Positions 23,494-36,271 of a stretch of 64,000 bases of DNA are shown piece after piece. Location: the NCBI GenBank assembly GCA_043228905.1, contig JBHGNT010000003.1:15748001-15812000 (forward strand). The letters are read 5' to 3'. The position numbers and the translations under genes were made by a program. Every line of letters starts with the position of its first letter. Within the stretch, counting starts at the first letter, position 1. Under the pieces are notes generated by a model. The model was given only the letters and a program-made list of their open reading frames with translations, did no database searches and had not been told where the DNA came from. Source of the stretch: Azolla caroliniana (Eukaryota; Plantae; Polypodiophyta).

Positions 23494-26004
23494 ATGGCGA
23501 GCATTACTAGTATACGATTCTCCTCCTCCTCCTCCTCCTTCGTCTTCTGCATGTTCTGCTTCTTCTTAACCATTTTAACCATAGATTCATCATCAACACA
23601 ATGTCCTGATTCAAACCTGTCCACTTACATTTTCCTTGCTTCCACATCCCACAAGCCCATTGCTTTCTCGAAAGCATCACACTGGTATGCATCTGCTGTC
23701 GCCTCCGTCACTGCTCTCCCCCTCCACCGATCCATTCTCCACCATGGACCCTTTTACACTTACCAGCATGTTGTCCATGGCTTCTCTGCACGTCTCAATC
23801 CCTGCCACGTGACGCTCCTCCTTGAGATCCCGGGTTTTATCCATGCTTTCCCCGAAAAAGTCCTTCAATTACATACCACTCACACGCCAGAATTCCTCCA
23901 TCTCCCTACCACTACTTTCCATGAGATCAACACTTCTCATGGCTCTTTTCCAGCACTGAGCACAAGATCAATCTCAAATACCGTCCATCCAAGACCTAGC
24001 TCAATAACTACTACCTCTGCCTCAAACCCTGACTCATTTGACGGAGAGGATGTGATCGTTGGAGTCATTGACACTGGTGTATGGCCGGAGAGGCTCAGCT
24101 TTACAGATAAAACAATTCCTGGTTTCGACGACATCCCGTCTCGTTGGCAAGGTGAATGCGAAACCGGACAACTCTTCGACTCTTCGAATTGCAACAAGAA
24201 GCTAATCGGAGCTCGAGCTTTCTTTAAGTCTTACGAATCCGCCTACGGACCCATCAACGAAACCTTGGAGTACAAGTCTGCAAGGGATAGTGAAGGCCAT
24301 GGTAGCCACACTTCATCTACGGTATTAGGCAATGTGGTGGCAAACGCGAGCCTATTCGGTTTCGCACCTGGTTATGCTCGAGGCATGGCGCCTCGGGCAC
24401 GCCTCGCAGTCTACAAAGTGTGTTGGGAACCGGGTTGCTACAATGGCGACATCCTTGCGGCATTCGATGCCGCGGTGGCCGACGGGGTGGACATCATCTC
24501 TCTGTCTGTTGGAGGGTCAGTTGTGCCTTTGTATGAGGATTCCATTGCATTGGGCTCATTTGGTGCCATGCAAAAGGGTGTCCTCGTGTCTTGCTCTGCA
24601 GGGAACTCGGGGCCTTATGCGGGCTCGGTTACGAATATTGCACCCTGGGTCATCACCGTGGCTGCAAGTACTATCGATCGAACTTTTCCGGCCCCTGTCA
24701 CACTAGGAGACGGTTCGGTGTACCAGGGAGTTTCCGTCTATGGAGGCAAGTCATATTGGGAAGAAGGCCAGCAAATATCCCTAGTCTATGCTGGTGATGT
24801 GGGACTTAGCAATAGTTCTTCTTCATCAAATTTGTGCACATCGGGGTCGCTTGACCCCGACCTTGTCCGTGGAAAAATCGTGGTTTGTGACCGAGGCACG
24901 AATGCTAGAGTGGGCAAGGGACTCGTGGTCAGCAATGCTGGGGGCGTGGGCATGATTCTAGTGAACACAGCCGAGAGTGGATCGGAGCTCATTGCCGATA
25001 GCCACCTCATTCCTGCGACCTTGGTGGGTTTCACTGATGGCATTGCTATTAAGGCTTACATTGCTGCATCTGGTGCCAATGCCACTGCCACCATAACACT
25101 TGATGGAACAACCGAGCTTGGCGTAAAGCCTGCACCCGCGATGGCTGCCTTCTCGTCCCGAGGTCCTAACCCGCTTCCCGCACAGATCCTGAAACCAGAT
25201 TTGACCGGCCCCGGTGTGAACATCTTGGCTGCATACACTGGCACGGTCGGACCGACCGGGCTTGATTCCGACGACAGGATCGTCGATTTTAGCATAATGT
25301 CTGGAACTTCCATGTCATGCCCACATGTAAGTGGCTTGGCAACTTTGATCAAATCCATTCATCCCACATGGAGTCCTGCCGCAATCAAATCAGCCCTAAT
25401 GACTACCGCGACCGTCCGGGATAACACCGGACATCTCATCACAGACACTTTGGATGGCAAGACAGCTAGCCCATTTGCATATGGTGCTGGACATGTGGAT
25501 CCCCTCCCGGCCATATATCCCGGACTTGTATATGACCTAGGTTTGGAAGATTACATCGATTTCCTATGTAGTTTGGGTTATAGAGATGGATATTTAGAGG
25601 TCTTTACCAAAGGAGAGTACCGATGCTCCCGACCAGATTTCAGCTATAGCGATCTCAATTATCCATCATTTGCTCATGTTTTCCACGAGGGAGACAACAG
25701 CAATGTGTCTTTCCCACGGACAGTGACAAACGTTGGGAATTCAAGTGCCACTTACAATGTGTTTGTAGATGCCCCTAGTGGTGTGAATGTCAAGGTGGAA
25801 CCAGATGTTCTCGAATTTGATGTGGACCATGTCACGCGCAACTACACTGTCACATTTCAACTTGATTTAGCTTTGACTAGGTCCAAGTTCAACATACTCT
25901 CCTCCAACATACACACATTTGGTTCACTTACTTGGACCGATGGAGTTCACAATGTCCGCTCCCCTATTGCCATCACCTTTCAAGCTCGAGTGATTGACAA
26001 TTGA
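23494..26004 (+). CDS. Subtilisin-like serine protease (plant subtilase, SBT1-type), intronless, 836 aa
   Basis: Hydrophobic signal segment; I9 prodomain (YTYQHVVHGFSARL); cleavage LH/TTHTP; triad IVGVIDTG, GHGSHTSST, SGTSMSCPH; PA domain GKIVVCDRG; C-terminal Fn3-like HNVRSPI. Confidence 0.96.
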   Translation: MASITSIRFSSSSSSFVFCMFCFFLTILTIDSSSTQCPDSNLSTYIFLASTSHKPIAFSKASHWYASAVASVTALPLHRSILHHGPFYTYQHVVHGFSARLNPCHVTLLLEIPGFIHAFPEKVLQLHTTHTPEFLHLPTTTFHEINTSHGSFPALSTRSISNTVHPRPSSITTTSASNPDSFDGEDVIVGVIDTGVWPERLSFTDKTIPGFDDIPSRWQGECETGQLFDSSNCNKKLIGARAFFKSYESAYGPINETLEYKSARDSEGHGSHTSSTVLGNVVANASLFGFAPGYARGMAPRARLAVYKVCWEPGCYNGDILAAFDAAVADGVDIISLSVGGSVVPLYEDSIALGSFGAMQKGVLVSCSAGNSGPYAGSVTNIAPWVITVAASTIDRTFPAPVTLGDGSVYQGVSVYGGKSYWEEGQQISLVYAGDVGLSNSSSSSNLCTSGSLDPDLVRGKIVVCDRGTNARVGKGLVVSNAGGVGMILVNTAESGSELIADSHLIPATLVGFTDGIAIKAYIAASGANATATITLDGTTELGVKPAPAMAAFSSRGPNPLPAQILKPDLTGPGVNILAAYTGTVGPTGLDSDDRIVDFSIMSGTSMSCPHVSGLATLIKSIHPTWSPAAIKSALMTTATVRDNTGHLITDTLDGKTASPFAYGAGHVDPLPAIYPGLVYDLGLEDYIDFLCSLGYRDGYLEVFTKGEYRCSRPDFSYSDLNYPSFAHVFHEGDNSNVSFPRTVTNVGNSSATYNVFVDAPSGVNVKVEPDVLEFDVDHVTRNYTVTFQLDLALTRSKFNILSSNIHTFGSLTWTDGVHNVRSPIAITFQARVIDN

Positions 26005-26807
26005 TTAGGTCTTTTATGAAACTTTTTCATGAGTTTTTCCTTGAGCAAGCTGAATATGTATAAAATTCATAACTCAATGAGTTTGCTTTTTTACATTTCT
26101 GTGATTTGTGTTCTTCTTTTGTGTGGAAATTTACAAGAGTAGGGAAACCAGAGTAGTATTCTTAACGAGAACTAGTAGGTTATTTTGTATGTTTGTTTGT
26201 GCATATACTTATTTCCATATGACTCTACAAATGCTATCTTAGGATTTTACATGTATTTTCAAAACATACTTCCACATTTTTATAGCAAAACGTGTATGTA
26301 TGTTCAACTAAGATGGACAAATACACTCTACTTAAAAAAGCATAGGTAAGTGCTTTACTAATATGATGAAAGTTTAGAGTAGGGTTTGATACTATGTATT
26401 TGACATTTGACATTTGACATTTGGACATATGTCAATTGTTCCCACAAATAACATGGCTATTAGCATTTCTGGCCACTCTTTTGGTGTGTAGACTCTAGAC
26501 GGACTTGAACTCCCTAAATTTTTATTTTTTATAATGAAAGTGTAAAAAGGGGTCACGACTCACACATAGATATATTTACACATCTATACTTGACTTTTGA
26601 AAGTGAGATAAAGGGAGAAAGTGTGCATTTATGTGATGCAAATAATAAAACTAATTTTGGAGAGCTTATACTCTCCTTCTTGGCCTACTTGGCCTACTGC
26701 TTTAGCATCCTTGTGTACATATTTGAACATTGACACTTCAGAGATCACTGACTCTGTCACTAGCCACTTTCTGTGAGTCTTTGGTGGTGGTTTTTGTGTC
26801 TTGTTAG

Positions 26808-27362
26808 TGTTAGGATCGTGACCGGCCACAACCGGTTACTTGTACGTATGTTCGGGTGCTAAGAATCGACAATGACAATGCATCGACAACAAGAAAACGA
26901 AATGCATAGAGACACGGATATTTTAACGTGGAAAACCGAAAAGGAAAAAAAAAACACGGGGGTTCACAAACCTCGAGAAACAGAATCACTATGATAGAGG
27001 AGAAGTACACTAAGAAACTCGGAGGCAACAACCTCGAGTTCTTCTTCATCGGACTAATGGTTGTAGAGTTACTAATTCTTACACTCACTCACACTCTCTC
27101 TCTCTTACAAGCAACTACTTCTATGTAACTATACAACAATAATGATCAAATACTTCTATACTATGAAGTTTGCCCTAGTTGCTTATATACTAAAACAACT
27201 TTAAGGTGATTTACAAATATAGCCCACAAGGGGGACACTTACACTATTTACGATTATAGCCACTCGATTTGGTCATAGAATCGATTCTCGATTCTCGGCC
27301 TCGGCCGAGTTTGCTCATCGATTCAGCCTCATCCCATCCGAAGGGACCTGGTTTTCCCAACA
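26808..27362 (-). mobile_element. Element N: 555-bp solo LTR of the A/B/H/L copia group, inserted in an older LTR remnant (~26460-27640)
   Basis: TG...CA ends. TSD GTTAG/GTCAG (one C>T). Shares GGTCCCT(C/T)CGGATGGGA and GGTTTTCCACG motifs with A/B. Confidence 0.85.
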
Positions 27363-28619
27363 GTCAGTTGGGTTTAGTTGTTGGAGGAAATTTGACATTC
27401 CTTTTTACATATTACTTCAACTTGTTTCGAGTAGAACTTTGGTGTACAAGTTTTATGTTGACGATGATTATTTCTTGACTAGGTCCCGTGGTTTTTACCT
27501 CCTCGAGGGTTTTCCACGTTAAAAATGTATGGTGTATCGTGCATACTTTTCGTTGTGTATTTTGTTGTTTTCTTTGAATAATTTTTGCACAACATAACCA
27601 TTGTCTCATACGAGTGATAAAGTGCTATTGAGAATTTGATCAAGACATGTGTTAATTGTTCCCACAAATAACATAGCTTTCTTAATAAAGAAGTGAATCA
27701 TGATATTCTAAGAAGATTTTAATGAAGTGATATTTTTTTTTCAAAAGAAAGTAATGAAGTGATTTTAATTAATATGTTTGAGGATATATTGGCCTTACCC
27801 CATGGCATCTTATACACATCATAGCTTTCATGCTACTTGGAAACCCATGGCTATGAGAACAATGATGATCTCCAATTTTATCTTAAAGTGTTTTGAGGAC
27901 TTACTTAACAAGCCCACTAACATGCCCTCAAATGTTTCTTTGCGCATCCAATAACTTCAATTTTCATAAATTCTGTTAGAGGTGATTTCAAACTATGTAT
28001 ATGGAAGGGTGCATAAAGTTTATGAGAAATTATCATTTCATCTATTTCCAAGTGCATGAGTGGAATTTTTTAAGCAAGGATGCATGTTATTACTATACAC
28101 AACATTTTATGATATAGTTAATAAGTGGGTGTGGGACAATCACATCTCTAGAGTCTTAAGACAGCTCATTACATGCATGATCCTCACATATATAATCCAT
28201 TCACTATCAGTAAACTCCACAATCATTGTGGCGAAGTCTAACAGGGCAAAGAAAGAAATTTGTATTCAAATCAAAATGAACTTGAAGCAATGGTGCAAAA
28301 ACAGAACTAGAAAAATGTGCGTCAAAGTAAAAGCAGTCCACGGAAGTGTGAAAGAGCCCATCTCAGCAATCCATCATCCTGTGCACACAATGTCCTCATC
28401 TTGAACACTCTCTCTGATCTCTTTTATATGTGTATGCGTTACGTGTATGAAGAACCCGCAAAACAAAAATATCCCAATTTAACTTCTCCTTCTTCACATA
28501 AGAGTCCCATTACTATTTTGGTCTTGTTCTTCCTCCTTTTCTCAATGAGAGAAGAAAAAGAACATCATCTCCTTGATTCATTGATCATCTCATTGTCTGT
28601 GTGATTAGTTAGATCAGAG

Positions 28620-30557
28620 ATGGAAGCATTGCATGATGATATGTTGATGGTGATATTGTCACACATCCCCAATCCATGGGGGATCCGTCTGCGAGCAGTC
28701 TGCAAACGCTGGCACACCCTCCTCACCTCTGCTTCCTTCGCCAAGCTCATGGCCTCACGCCTCTACTACCATAATGATGAAGATGATGAAGAAGAAGAAG
28801 ATGATGATGAGGGTATCATGTGGCTCTTGCTGTACACACAAAGACCATCGTCTCCGAATCGTGTCCACATTGTGGACCCTAGTAGTCACATCCCCCCCAG
28901 CAGTAGTCCTTTACCTGCACCAAATGCCACAGAATTGGTCCATGGCCAACACCCCCTGGACTCAGAATCGGATCTCCCCATACATGAGCCCAAGTCGGTG
29001 GTGGCCGCACCTATTCTACCTCGTGGTCCTCCGTTAGTGTTTATTGCAGACAACCATCTCTTGAATAATCTTGATCGATCAGCCACTGCCAGGGCAACAG
29101 TTGTATCACATGAGCAGGAGGATGTGGCATATAGGGCTGGTGTGGCTGCCCTTCAGTTGGGTGCTTTCGGTTACCATCCTCGGTCGCATCTTTGTATGCC
29201 AGTCCCGCTAGTCTTGTCCGGTCATCGATTTCATGCATCGATCAGCGCTGGATATACGAGCCCTAACCACATCCATCACATAATCAGCGATGAGCTCCTG
29301 GTGTCTTCACACATGGGGCTGCTCTTTTGCCGCCGCATTATTACCAGCAACAATGACGGGGAAGGGGGCCAGCGGCGGCGGCGGCCGGTGGTGGTGGAGC
29401 CGAGGAAGTGCCCTGGGATCATCAAAGAGCTCTATTTTGAGGGAGATCCTTTACAACTGCGCCGGCCTAGCTTCGGCGGCAGTAGTAACTACGACTCGGC
29501 TGCTAACTCACAACATGGCGCATCGGTGGTGGGGCCGGGGAGTAGAAGATGGGTGGTGCCGGCGCCGCCAGGGTTAAGCTGGATAAGTAGGGCTGGTGTA
29601 GCCCCCTTGCTGGTCAACGAGAAGCTGAGAGGATCGGGAAGTGAGATGGGCAGGAAGGGCTTCCAGATCCTAGTGTTGGGCGGTGTGCAGGGAGGCAGAC
29701 ATATGGAAGGTGAGGAGGAAGAGGAGAACATAGCTCTGCTTTACACGAGCAGGAGCGGGGAATGGGAGGCGGTGCCGGCACCACCCGCGGAAATGGAGGA
29801 GAGGCGGGCATTGCAGTACCCTTACTCTCCGCAGCTGCCAAGGAGCCGGCAAACCACGTTGGTGTGGTGGAAGGAGTCGTTCTGCACGCTCGCAGGGGAT
29901 GCCGTCTACATGTTCACGCCACGGACTAGGGTTTGGGGTGGAGTGAGGCTGCCGTGTGAGCCACGCATCTGGGATTTCCGTTTCCTCACCATTCATGCTG
30001 TGCAGCAGCAGGGAGGGGGAGGGGGAGGGGGAGGGGATCATCGCCTGCTGCTAGAAGGCAACTTCCAGGAGCAAGGCGACTTCATGAGGCGCTATCCCCT
30101 CCGGATCGGAGTGATGGAGCTCCTTGCCATCACGCCCATCCCTGCTACTGCTACATCTTCACCCCATGCTTCCATGGCTGGCCCCACTGCGCCTATTCCC
30201 ATTCCCATTCCCAGCAGCAGCAACAGCGATGGAGGAGGAGGAGGAAGGACGTACACATACACGTGGAGCCATCTGGGGTTCATGCCCGACAAGCTTTCAC
30301 ACCGCCTGTCCGCCCAACAGCCCGGCTACCCCGCCCATTCGTTCTACACCGCGTATTCGCACCCTCGCTCCCACCGCCTCTGCTTCGCCCCTTCCGTGGC
30401 CCTCGATGTCTGCTGTCGCTTCTGTAAACCGCAGCACGAAGCCCCGAACTTGGTGGTCTTCGACGCCGCATCCGCCTCGTGGAACTCCAAGCCTCTTCTG
30501 CCCCCTTGCAACCACTATGTGTTATCCTCACCCAACTTCAAAGGTTTCACCCTCTAG
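28620..30557 (+). CDS. F-box protein with a divergent C-terminal (Kelch/FBA-like) region, intronless, 645 aa
   Basis: N-terminal F-box pattern LHDDMLMVILSHIP..IRLRAVCKRWHTLL; later SSHMGLLFC and LYTSRSGEW motifs. Long stop-free GC-rich ORF in AT-rich flanks. Confidence 0.85.
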   Translation: MEALHDDMLMVILSHIPNPWGIRLRAVCKRWHTLLTSASFAKLMASRLYYHNDEDDEEEEDDDEGIMWLLLYTQRPSSPNRVHIVDPSSHIPPSSSPLPAPNATELVHGQHPLDSESDLPIHEPKSVVAAPILPRGPPLVFIADNHLLNNLDRSATARATVVSHEQEDVAYRAGVAALQLGAFGYHPRSHLCMPVPLVLSGHRFHASISAGYTSPNHIHHIISDELLVSSHMGLLFCRRIITSNNDGEGGQRRRRPVVVEPRKCPGIIKELYFEGDPLQLRRPSFGGSSNYDSAANSQHGASVVGPGSRRWVVPAPPGLSWISRAGVAPLLVNEKLRGSGSEMGRKGFQILVLGGVQGGRHMEGEEEEENIALLYTSRSGEWEAVPAPPAEMEERRALQYPYSPQLPRSRQTTLVWWKESFCTLAGDAVYMFTPRTRVWGGVRLPCEPRIWDFRFLTIHAVQQQGGGGGGGGDHRLLLEGNFQEQGDFMRRYPLRIGVMELLAITPIPATATSSPHASMAGPTAPIPIPIPSSSNSDGGGGGRTYTYTWSHLGFMPDKLSHRLSAQQPGYPAHSFYTAYSHPRSHRLCFAPSVALDVCCRFCKPQHEAPNLVVFDAASASWNSKPLLPPCNHYVLSSPNFKGFTL

Positions 30558-31599
30558 TAGCTGCTCAATTTAGTGACACCCACTCTTCTAATTCTTTCTT
30601 CTGTCTAGACTAACTACTGCTTTCTTCCTGCCTTCCTTCCCTTCTATAAATCAATAATGTGTAGCTTTGAAATTGAGAATTCAAACCAGAATAACCATTG
30701 AAACTAGGGAATCTTTGAGGCTTCTCGTAGCTATGGCAATTCTGAATAATAAAAAATTTCATGTGTGTTTTGAGTTGTGTTGAGTTTGTGGACAACCAAT
30801 GGAGATGATAGAGATGATGGGATGTCATCCAAATTCAGGAAATGTAGGTATGAAGATGAAAGAAATTGTGCCTAACTCTAGAGACCAAATTCAAGAAACA
30901 TAGGTACAAACATAGAATTAACCATACGTGTACCATACGCGTTTGCATTCTATGTTTAAATCAAACGTGTATGGTAAATCATCTTAAAGTTGGAAAAAAA
31001 AATAAAGAATGGAATTTCAAAAAGTAACTATGGTCTATATTATCTATACATATTGATTGAATCACATGTCATCACAGTTGAAACTTCAAAACTTAGGAAT
31101 TACTTAACTCCTAAACATTAGAAAGCACGAACATAAAGATCAAATAGTTTCAAAGACATAACTTGTATTGATGATGAGCTCATCTTGCAATTATCAATGT
31201 TCTCATCTCGCAACTAGTGCAGGTATCAATTTCTTCACTTTAAAACTTCACAAAAAAATGAGAATGAAGTATAGAGATTAAATCAAAATATGTCATTATA
31301 AATTATAATCAAACGTTCAAAAACTCATAAAACATATATTCAACAATATAAAGAAAATATGACACTAACATAAAATTCTACTAGCTCAATTGACATAGTA
31401 ATTTGTTTGAGGATTCTCACTAGAATGTGCCTCATTACCATCGATGACATAATTACTTAACTATTCTCCTCATCTTGCATACTATTGAGGATATCATTTG
31501 AATTTTCACTTTGTAACATTTGTCCCTCTTTTTACCTTCCTGCATCTTCCTCTTTATCAATCATTTCCATAGTAATTTTCAATGGAGTGGAACGTCTTT

Positions 31600-33210
31600 C
31601 TTTGATCCTCTTGAGAAGCCGTAAATTAGTGTGCAAGTACACTAATTTCTCCACATGACATGGGGATAACCTGTTTCTTCTTTTTGAATGTATAAGAGAA
31701 AATGTACTTCAATTCCTTTCACATGGAGATGCACTAGAACCTTGTGAGAGCACATGAATTGCGAGTTTCACCAAATGGGAGTAACTCTTCCAAATGTTTC
31801 CCACCACATAACTGGATTTTTCATTCTATTTAAGTCTTTTCTATAACCATAAAACTCATCTATCAAGGCATTTTGTAAATCTTGATTGCCACTTGCATAA
31901 TGCATGATTGTTCTCATCCAACCAATATTCATCTCATTATTTATCTCATTATTTATTTCTTGACCGTTTCCAATCCATTTTGGATGCAAAATATACCTTG
32001 TAAGATGTAATGGAGATTGCAACATTGACCATGTATTTCTGCAACACAATTTGATTTCATCAAGCTTCATAGGATCAATTTCTATCAAAGACATATTATT
32101 TATTTCTTTTATCATTTGTTGCGTAAGATCATAAATCAATTCCATAGTAGTACCCTCCCTCTTTGCTAAACGAAGTAGTTTCAAAATTGGTATACATAAT
32201 GTCACTATTATTGTCACATTTGACCAAAATCTAACATAAAAAATAATTGTAACTATCTCCTCAACCTTCTTTGTTTTAGATCCCGTCCATTTGCCCCATT
32301 GTTCATTAACTATCATTCTTCTCAAACCACCATATACTCTCTCATCTAGTAAATTCGAAAGAACAATAAAACTATATGCAAACCTTGTATTAGAAGGTTT
32401 AAGCAATTCTTTCTCACTATAACTTCGAAAGATTGCCAAAACATTTTGTTTTCTAGTTATGAATACGGTTATCAATCCAAGCCAATTTGGCTATATCCTC
32501 AAATAACCAATGTACATAATGGCATGTGCATCTAGTATAGAAAATTGATGGCCACTCTTTTTCTATCATCTCTCCTACCACCACACAATTAGTAGTGTTA
32601 TCCATACAAACTTGCATTACGTTCAATGGTCAAACTTCGAGAATAAATCTTTTAAAATGTTAAAAATGTATTCTCTTGTCTTAACATGACCACTTGTGTC
32701 CACTAATTTCAAAAATATCGAGCCATACATAGATGATGTCATAACGTTAATAATCGGTCTATTTCTACTATCAATGTAGCCATCAATAACTATTGTGCAT
32801 CCATGTTTTCCAATTTTCTTTCATTTGTGAAAAATTGAGTTCGATAGTTTTAATTTTTGCATTCAAATACTTATTGCACAATTGATACACAAAAGGTGGT
32901 TTAAAAGAAGGGCCAACTTGTCCAACAACCTTAAGCATATCTTGGAAAAATTAACTTTCAACTTTTCCATGTGGAATATCTTCAACATAAAAGAACCTTG
33001 CAAGAGCCTCTACTGCATTTTTCCTTTTAATTGCATATTCCATGTCATTTGTAAAGAACCACTTGCATCCAATTTTATGAGAGAGAGAGAGAGAGAGATA
33101 TTCTATTATCGTCGTTGGAGGGCAAATATGACCTATGAGACCAAAAATATAACATTTCATGTGATACGTGTGAAAGTGAGTACCAACTCTTGATGTTCAA
33201 GAACTTTACC
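31600..33210 (-). pseudogene. Decayed hAT-superfamily transposase (DUF659-type core plus dimerisation domain)
   Basis: ELLKPSNTRFAYSF, NPVMWWETFG, and in another frame SASPCERN*STFSLIHSKKRNRL...KLVYLHTNLRLL. Many stops and frameshifts. Confidence 0.85.
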
Positions 33211-33350
33211 AATGAATGTTGCAATCGAGAGTGCACATTGTGTTTATGAGAGAAATTCATGCAAGGATTGGGCTCGATCGAAGATATGTGGAAAGCATGG
33301 TTGAATACAATCAAAGGCAGAGCATTGTATCAAAGTGTGATACTCAGACT

Positions 33351-33885
33351 TAGCAATGGGCCTGGTTTGGGCTCAAATCGAACCAAACCGTTAAGCCATG
33401 GTTTAAAGGTTTATAAGTTCTAAATAATTAAATGATTTGGTTTGGTTTTAATGATTATTAAATAGTTCACTTTGGTTCTAAAACAGAGGTTTATCGGTTT
33501 ATAGGTTTAAATGTTTTTGGGCTAACTTTTTTATCCCTTAAATGTTTATGTAATTTAATGGTTAAATAAATGGTTTTTATTGATTTAATTCACTTAACTT
33601 AAATGTTTATTTAATCTCATGGCTTAATTAATGCTTATTCATTTATTTTAATATAAGTGCTTATTTAATTTTTAATTAGTTTGGCTTAAATGTGGTTAGG
33701 TTTAAACTTTTTATTAAATGGCTCCGTTTGGTTTCAACTTTTCCCTAAACGATTTTGTTTTAAATAGTTTGGTTTACTTTTTCTTAAATGGTTTGGTTTA
33801 ATGGCTTGAAAGTTCATAAACGGTTTGGTTTGGTTTTAAGGTAAAGAAACCAAATTGAACCGAAACTGAACTAGGCCCATTGTTG
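33351..33885. mobile_element. hAT-type MITE, 535 bp
   Basis: Perfect 8-bp TSD CTCAGACT (33343-33350/33886-33893). TIRs TAGCAATGGGCCTGGTT / AACTAGGCCCATTGTTG. AT-rich interior with AAACC/GGTTT subterminal motifs. Confidence 0.9.
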
Positions 33886-33949
33886 CTCAGACTCTTGAAC
33901 TTGTTTAGGGCAAAGTGTGCATAGAAGGCCATTCTCATCACTTGTGCCC

Positions 33950-34640
33950 CAATGCCCCGTCTCACATCACAATGCATGTGAGCTAAGTCGCATGGAAGCA
34001 ACGGTTCAAATGGCAGATAATGGGATGGGTTCTAACATGTATCGATGTGTACGGTTTCCTCGTTCTACGAAGAATATGGTTTTGTAGTTAGGTGCAACGT
34101 GTGTAGTATAATGTGTGAAGCATGAGCCTCCACATTTGTCCCATGTCATGATACATTGACGTTGCAAAAAGGCATCATTTACAGTGGAATCTAGTGATGC
34201 ATCATGAAGCAAGTGTCTTGCATCCCATCTACCAAACCATTTTTCCATATCTTACATCCAACCGGAACACAAAATTTTGCTTTTATGCGTCTTTTGGATC
34301 TTTTTGTTTACTTCCCATGCAATTCTAAGAAGTCGATGTGAGGGACTTTTTGAACCTTAAGCAGTATTCAACAACCCTTTCCATAACCATGATCTCAATG
34401 GGAAGCGATCCCCTCTCAAGGAGGAGGATGGTGTCGAGTGTTTGTTTCTTAACTTTGTAGGAAAATGCTTTTGGACATATTCAAACTATTTCCACATAGA
34501 TTTAGGGATGCTACCGCCCCATACTTCCACCCCATAGAGAAGAACCAACGTCACCAAAGTGTTGAAATGATATTTCTCGAGGACCCAACACTTAATATCT
34601 CCATGATTGCATGTGTTCTCAAATGCAAAGTATACTCGCT
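33950..34640 (-). mobile_element. Decayed non-LTR retrotransposon (LINE ORF2, post-RT region)
   Basis: The minus strand near 34460-34570 reads FNTLVTLVLLYGVEVWGGSIPKSMWK, matching the LxYGxEVW motif after LINE RT. Confidence 0.65.
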
Positions 34641-34642
34641 TA

Positions 34643-36271
34643 TGTTGGCCCGTTAAAAGTCCCACTCTACCGACTTGTATCCTAATGTGAACACGTCCTC
34701 ACAGTTAGGGCTAAGTTGCCCTAACTATATAAGTGAGAGACTAAGCATTGTAATAGGTTCCGAGGTTAATGCAATACACTCTTCTTTGGAGCACATAGTC
34801 ATCTCTCTTTGTCTGCATAATCATCTTGCTACATCTCTTGTTTGTCTAACTAACCAACAGGTCCTCAACTTCTGCATCATCAACTTCATATTCTTTAACA
34901 CTTAGTGGTATCAGAGCGACTTGTAGTTCAGCAACAATAGTAACATAAATTTGAAAGGAAAAGAAACGGCTGAAGGAAAGGACCAGGTTAGCAAATCTCA
35001 CTTCCAACAAAACATGGCCTCATCATTCAACACATGAGTAGAAATCAGAAAGTTCGACGGCAAAAACTTTGCCTTATTGAAGGAGATGATGCAAGATATA
35101 CTGATCATCCGGCTCAAATCGAGACAATACAGTACACCAACAAACCAACCTCGATGACATCAGATGAATGATGTTCCCTGGATGAAATAGCCAAGTTGAC
35201 CATCAAAATGCACCTGGCCGTGAACGTCTACTTTAGCATGGCCAAAGGTACGTGAACATTTGCCTTGTGGGAGAAGTTCATATTGATCCGACAATTGTTC
35301 AATATGAAGATGCGAGAGATGGATTTGGAAACCTCCCACATCAACACCTTCCACCGGGTGTTGTCCGAACTCTCCTCCCAAGGGATTAACTTCAAAGAAG
35401 AAGTTAAAGCTCTTACCCTCCTCTTGAGCTTGCCGACAAGTTGGGAGGTATTTTGTACGACCTTTGCCAACAATTGTCTGAATCTAAATCTAGATGAGAC
35501 GATTGAACAAGTCCTTACGGAGGACATTTGACGAAAATCAATGGGACTCACCATCGGCGAGTCAGTAGAAGCCCACAATTCCACTGAGTCAATCAACTGA
35601 TCCAATTGATCGAGAGATCAAGACGGAAGAATCAGTGGAAACAACAGTCGACCGAGAGAGAGGGGGACCGACAACAGTCGAAGTCAAGAAATAGCCGACC
35701 ATGTGACTTCTGCACCCACTATAGAAAAGCCGGTCACAACGTTTCCGAGTGCTGGTCAATTAAGAGGAAGGAGAATGGTCGGCGATTCAAGCAGAACTCA
35801 GGACGATTAGACTCAAACCGTTCTCTAGTCAGCAACCAGATCAACGTTGCCGACTCATGATAAGGAGAAATCCTCTCTCTAGAGGACTCAATGATCTGAG
35901 AAGTCCTCTACAATGCACAAGATGCATGGATGTGTCTATTGGACTCTGGTGCCACATTTCACATGACCCGAAATATCGAATGGTTTTCAAACTATTCGGC
36001 TAGAGCCAATGCCACTGTCTGACTCGGCAATGGGCAAGAATGCAAATTCGCCAAAATCGAGGAAGTACCAATTTGATTGCCAAATGGCAATACAATCGTC
36101 CTGCACCATGTTTGGAATGTACCCGAGCTCAAAAGGGGTCTGGTCTCCATCGGTACCGAATGACTCTAAGTGAATCGTCATGGATGATCAGCCGAGGAAA
36201 TATGAAAATCGGGAGCAGATGCAAGTACAACAACTTGTATCTATTGATGGAAATCACTCCAGAGGGCACAA
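34643..36271 (+). mobile_element. 5' part of a copia related to element I (5' LTR 34643-34900, PBS, gag, PR), truncated at K
   Basis: TG...CA LTR; PBS TGGTATCAGAGC 34906-34917; gag VEIRKFDGKNFAL; zinc knuckle; protease LLDSGATFH. Confidence 0.85.

Noticed and set aside
33351-33885. MITE as the terminus of the adjacent hAT transposase element
   Set aside because: The MITE is closed by its own TIRs and 8-bp TSD, so it is a separate insertion. I found no matching TIR beyond the transposase.
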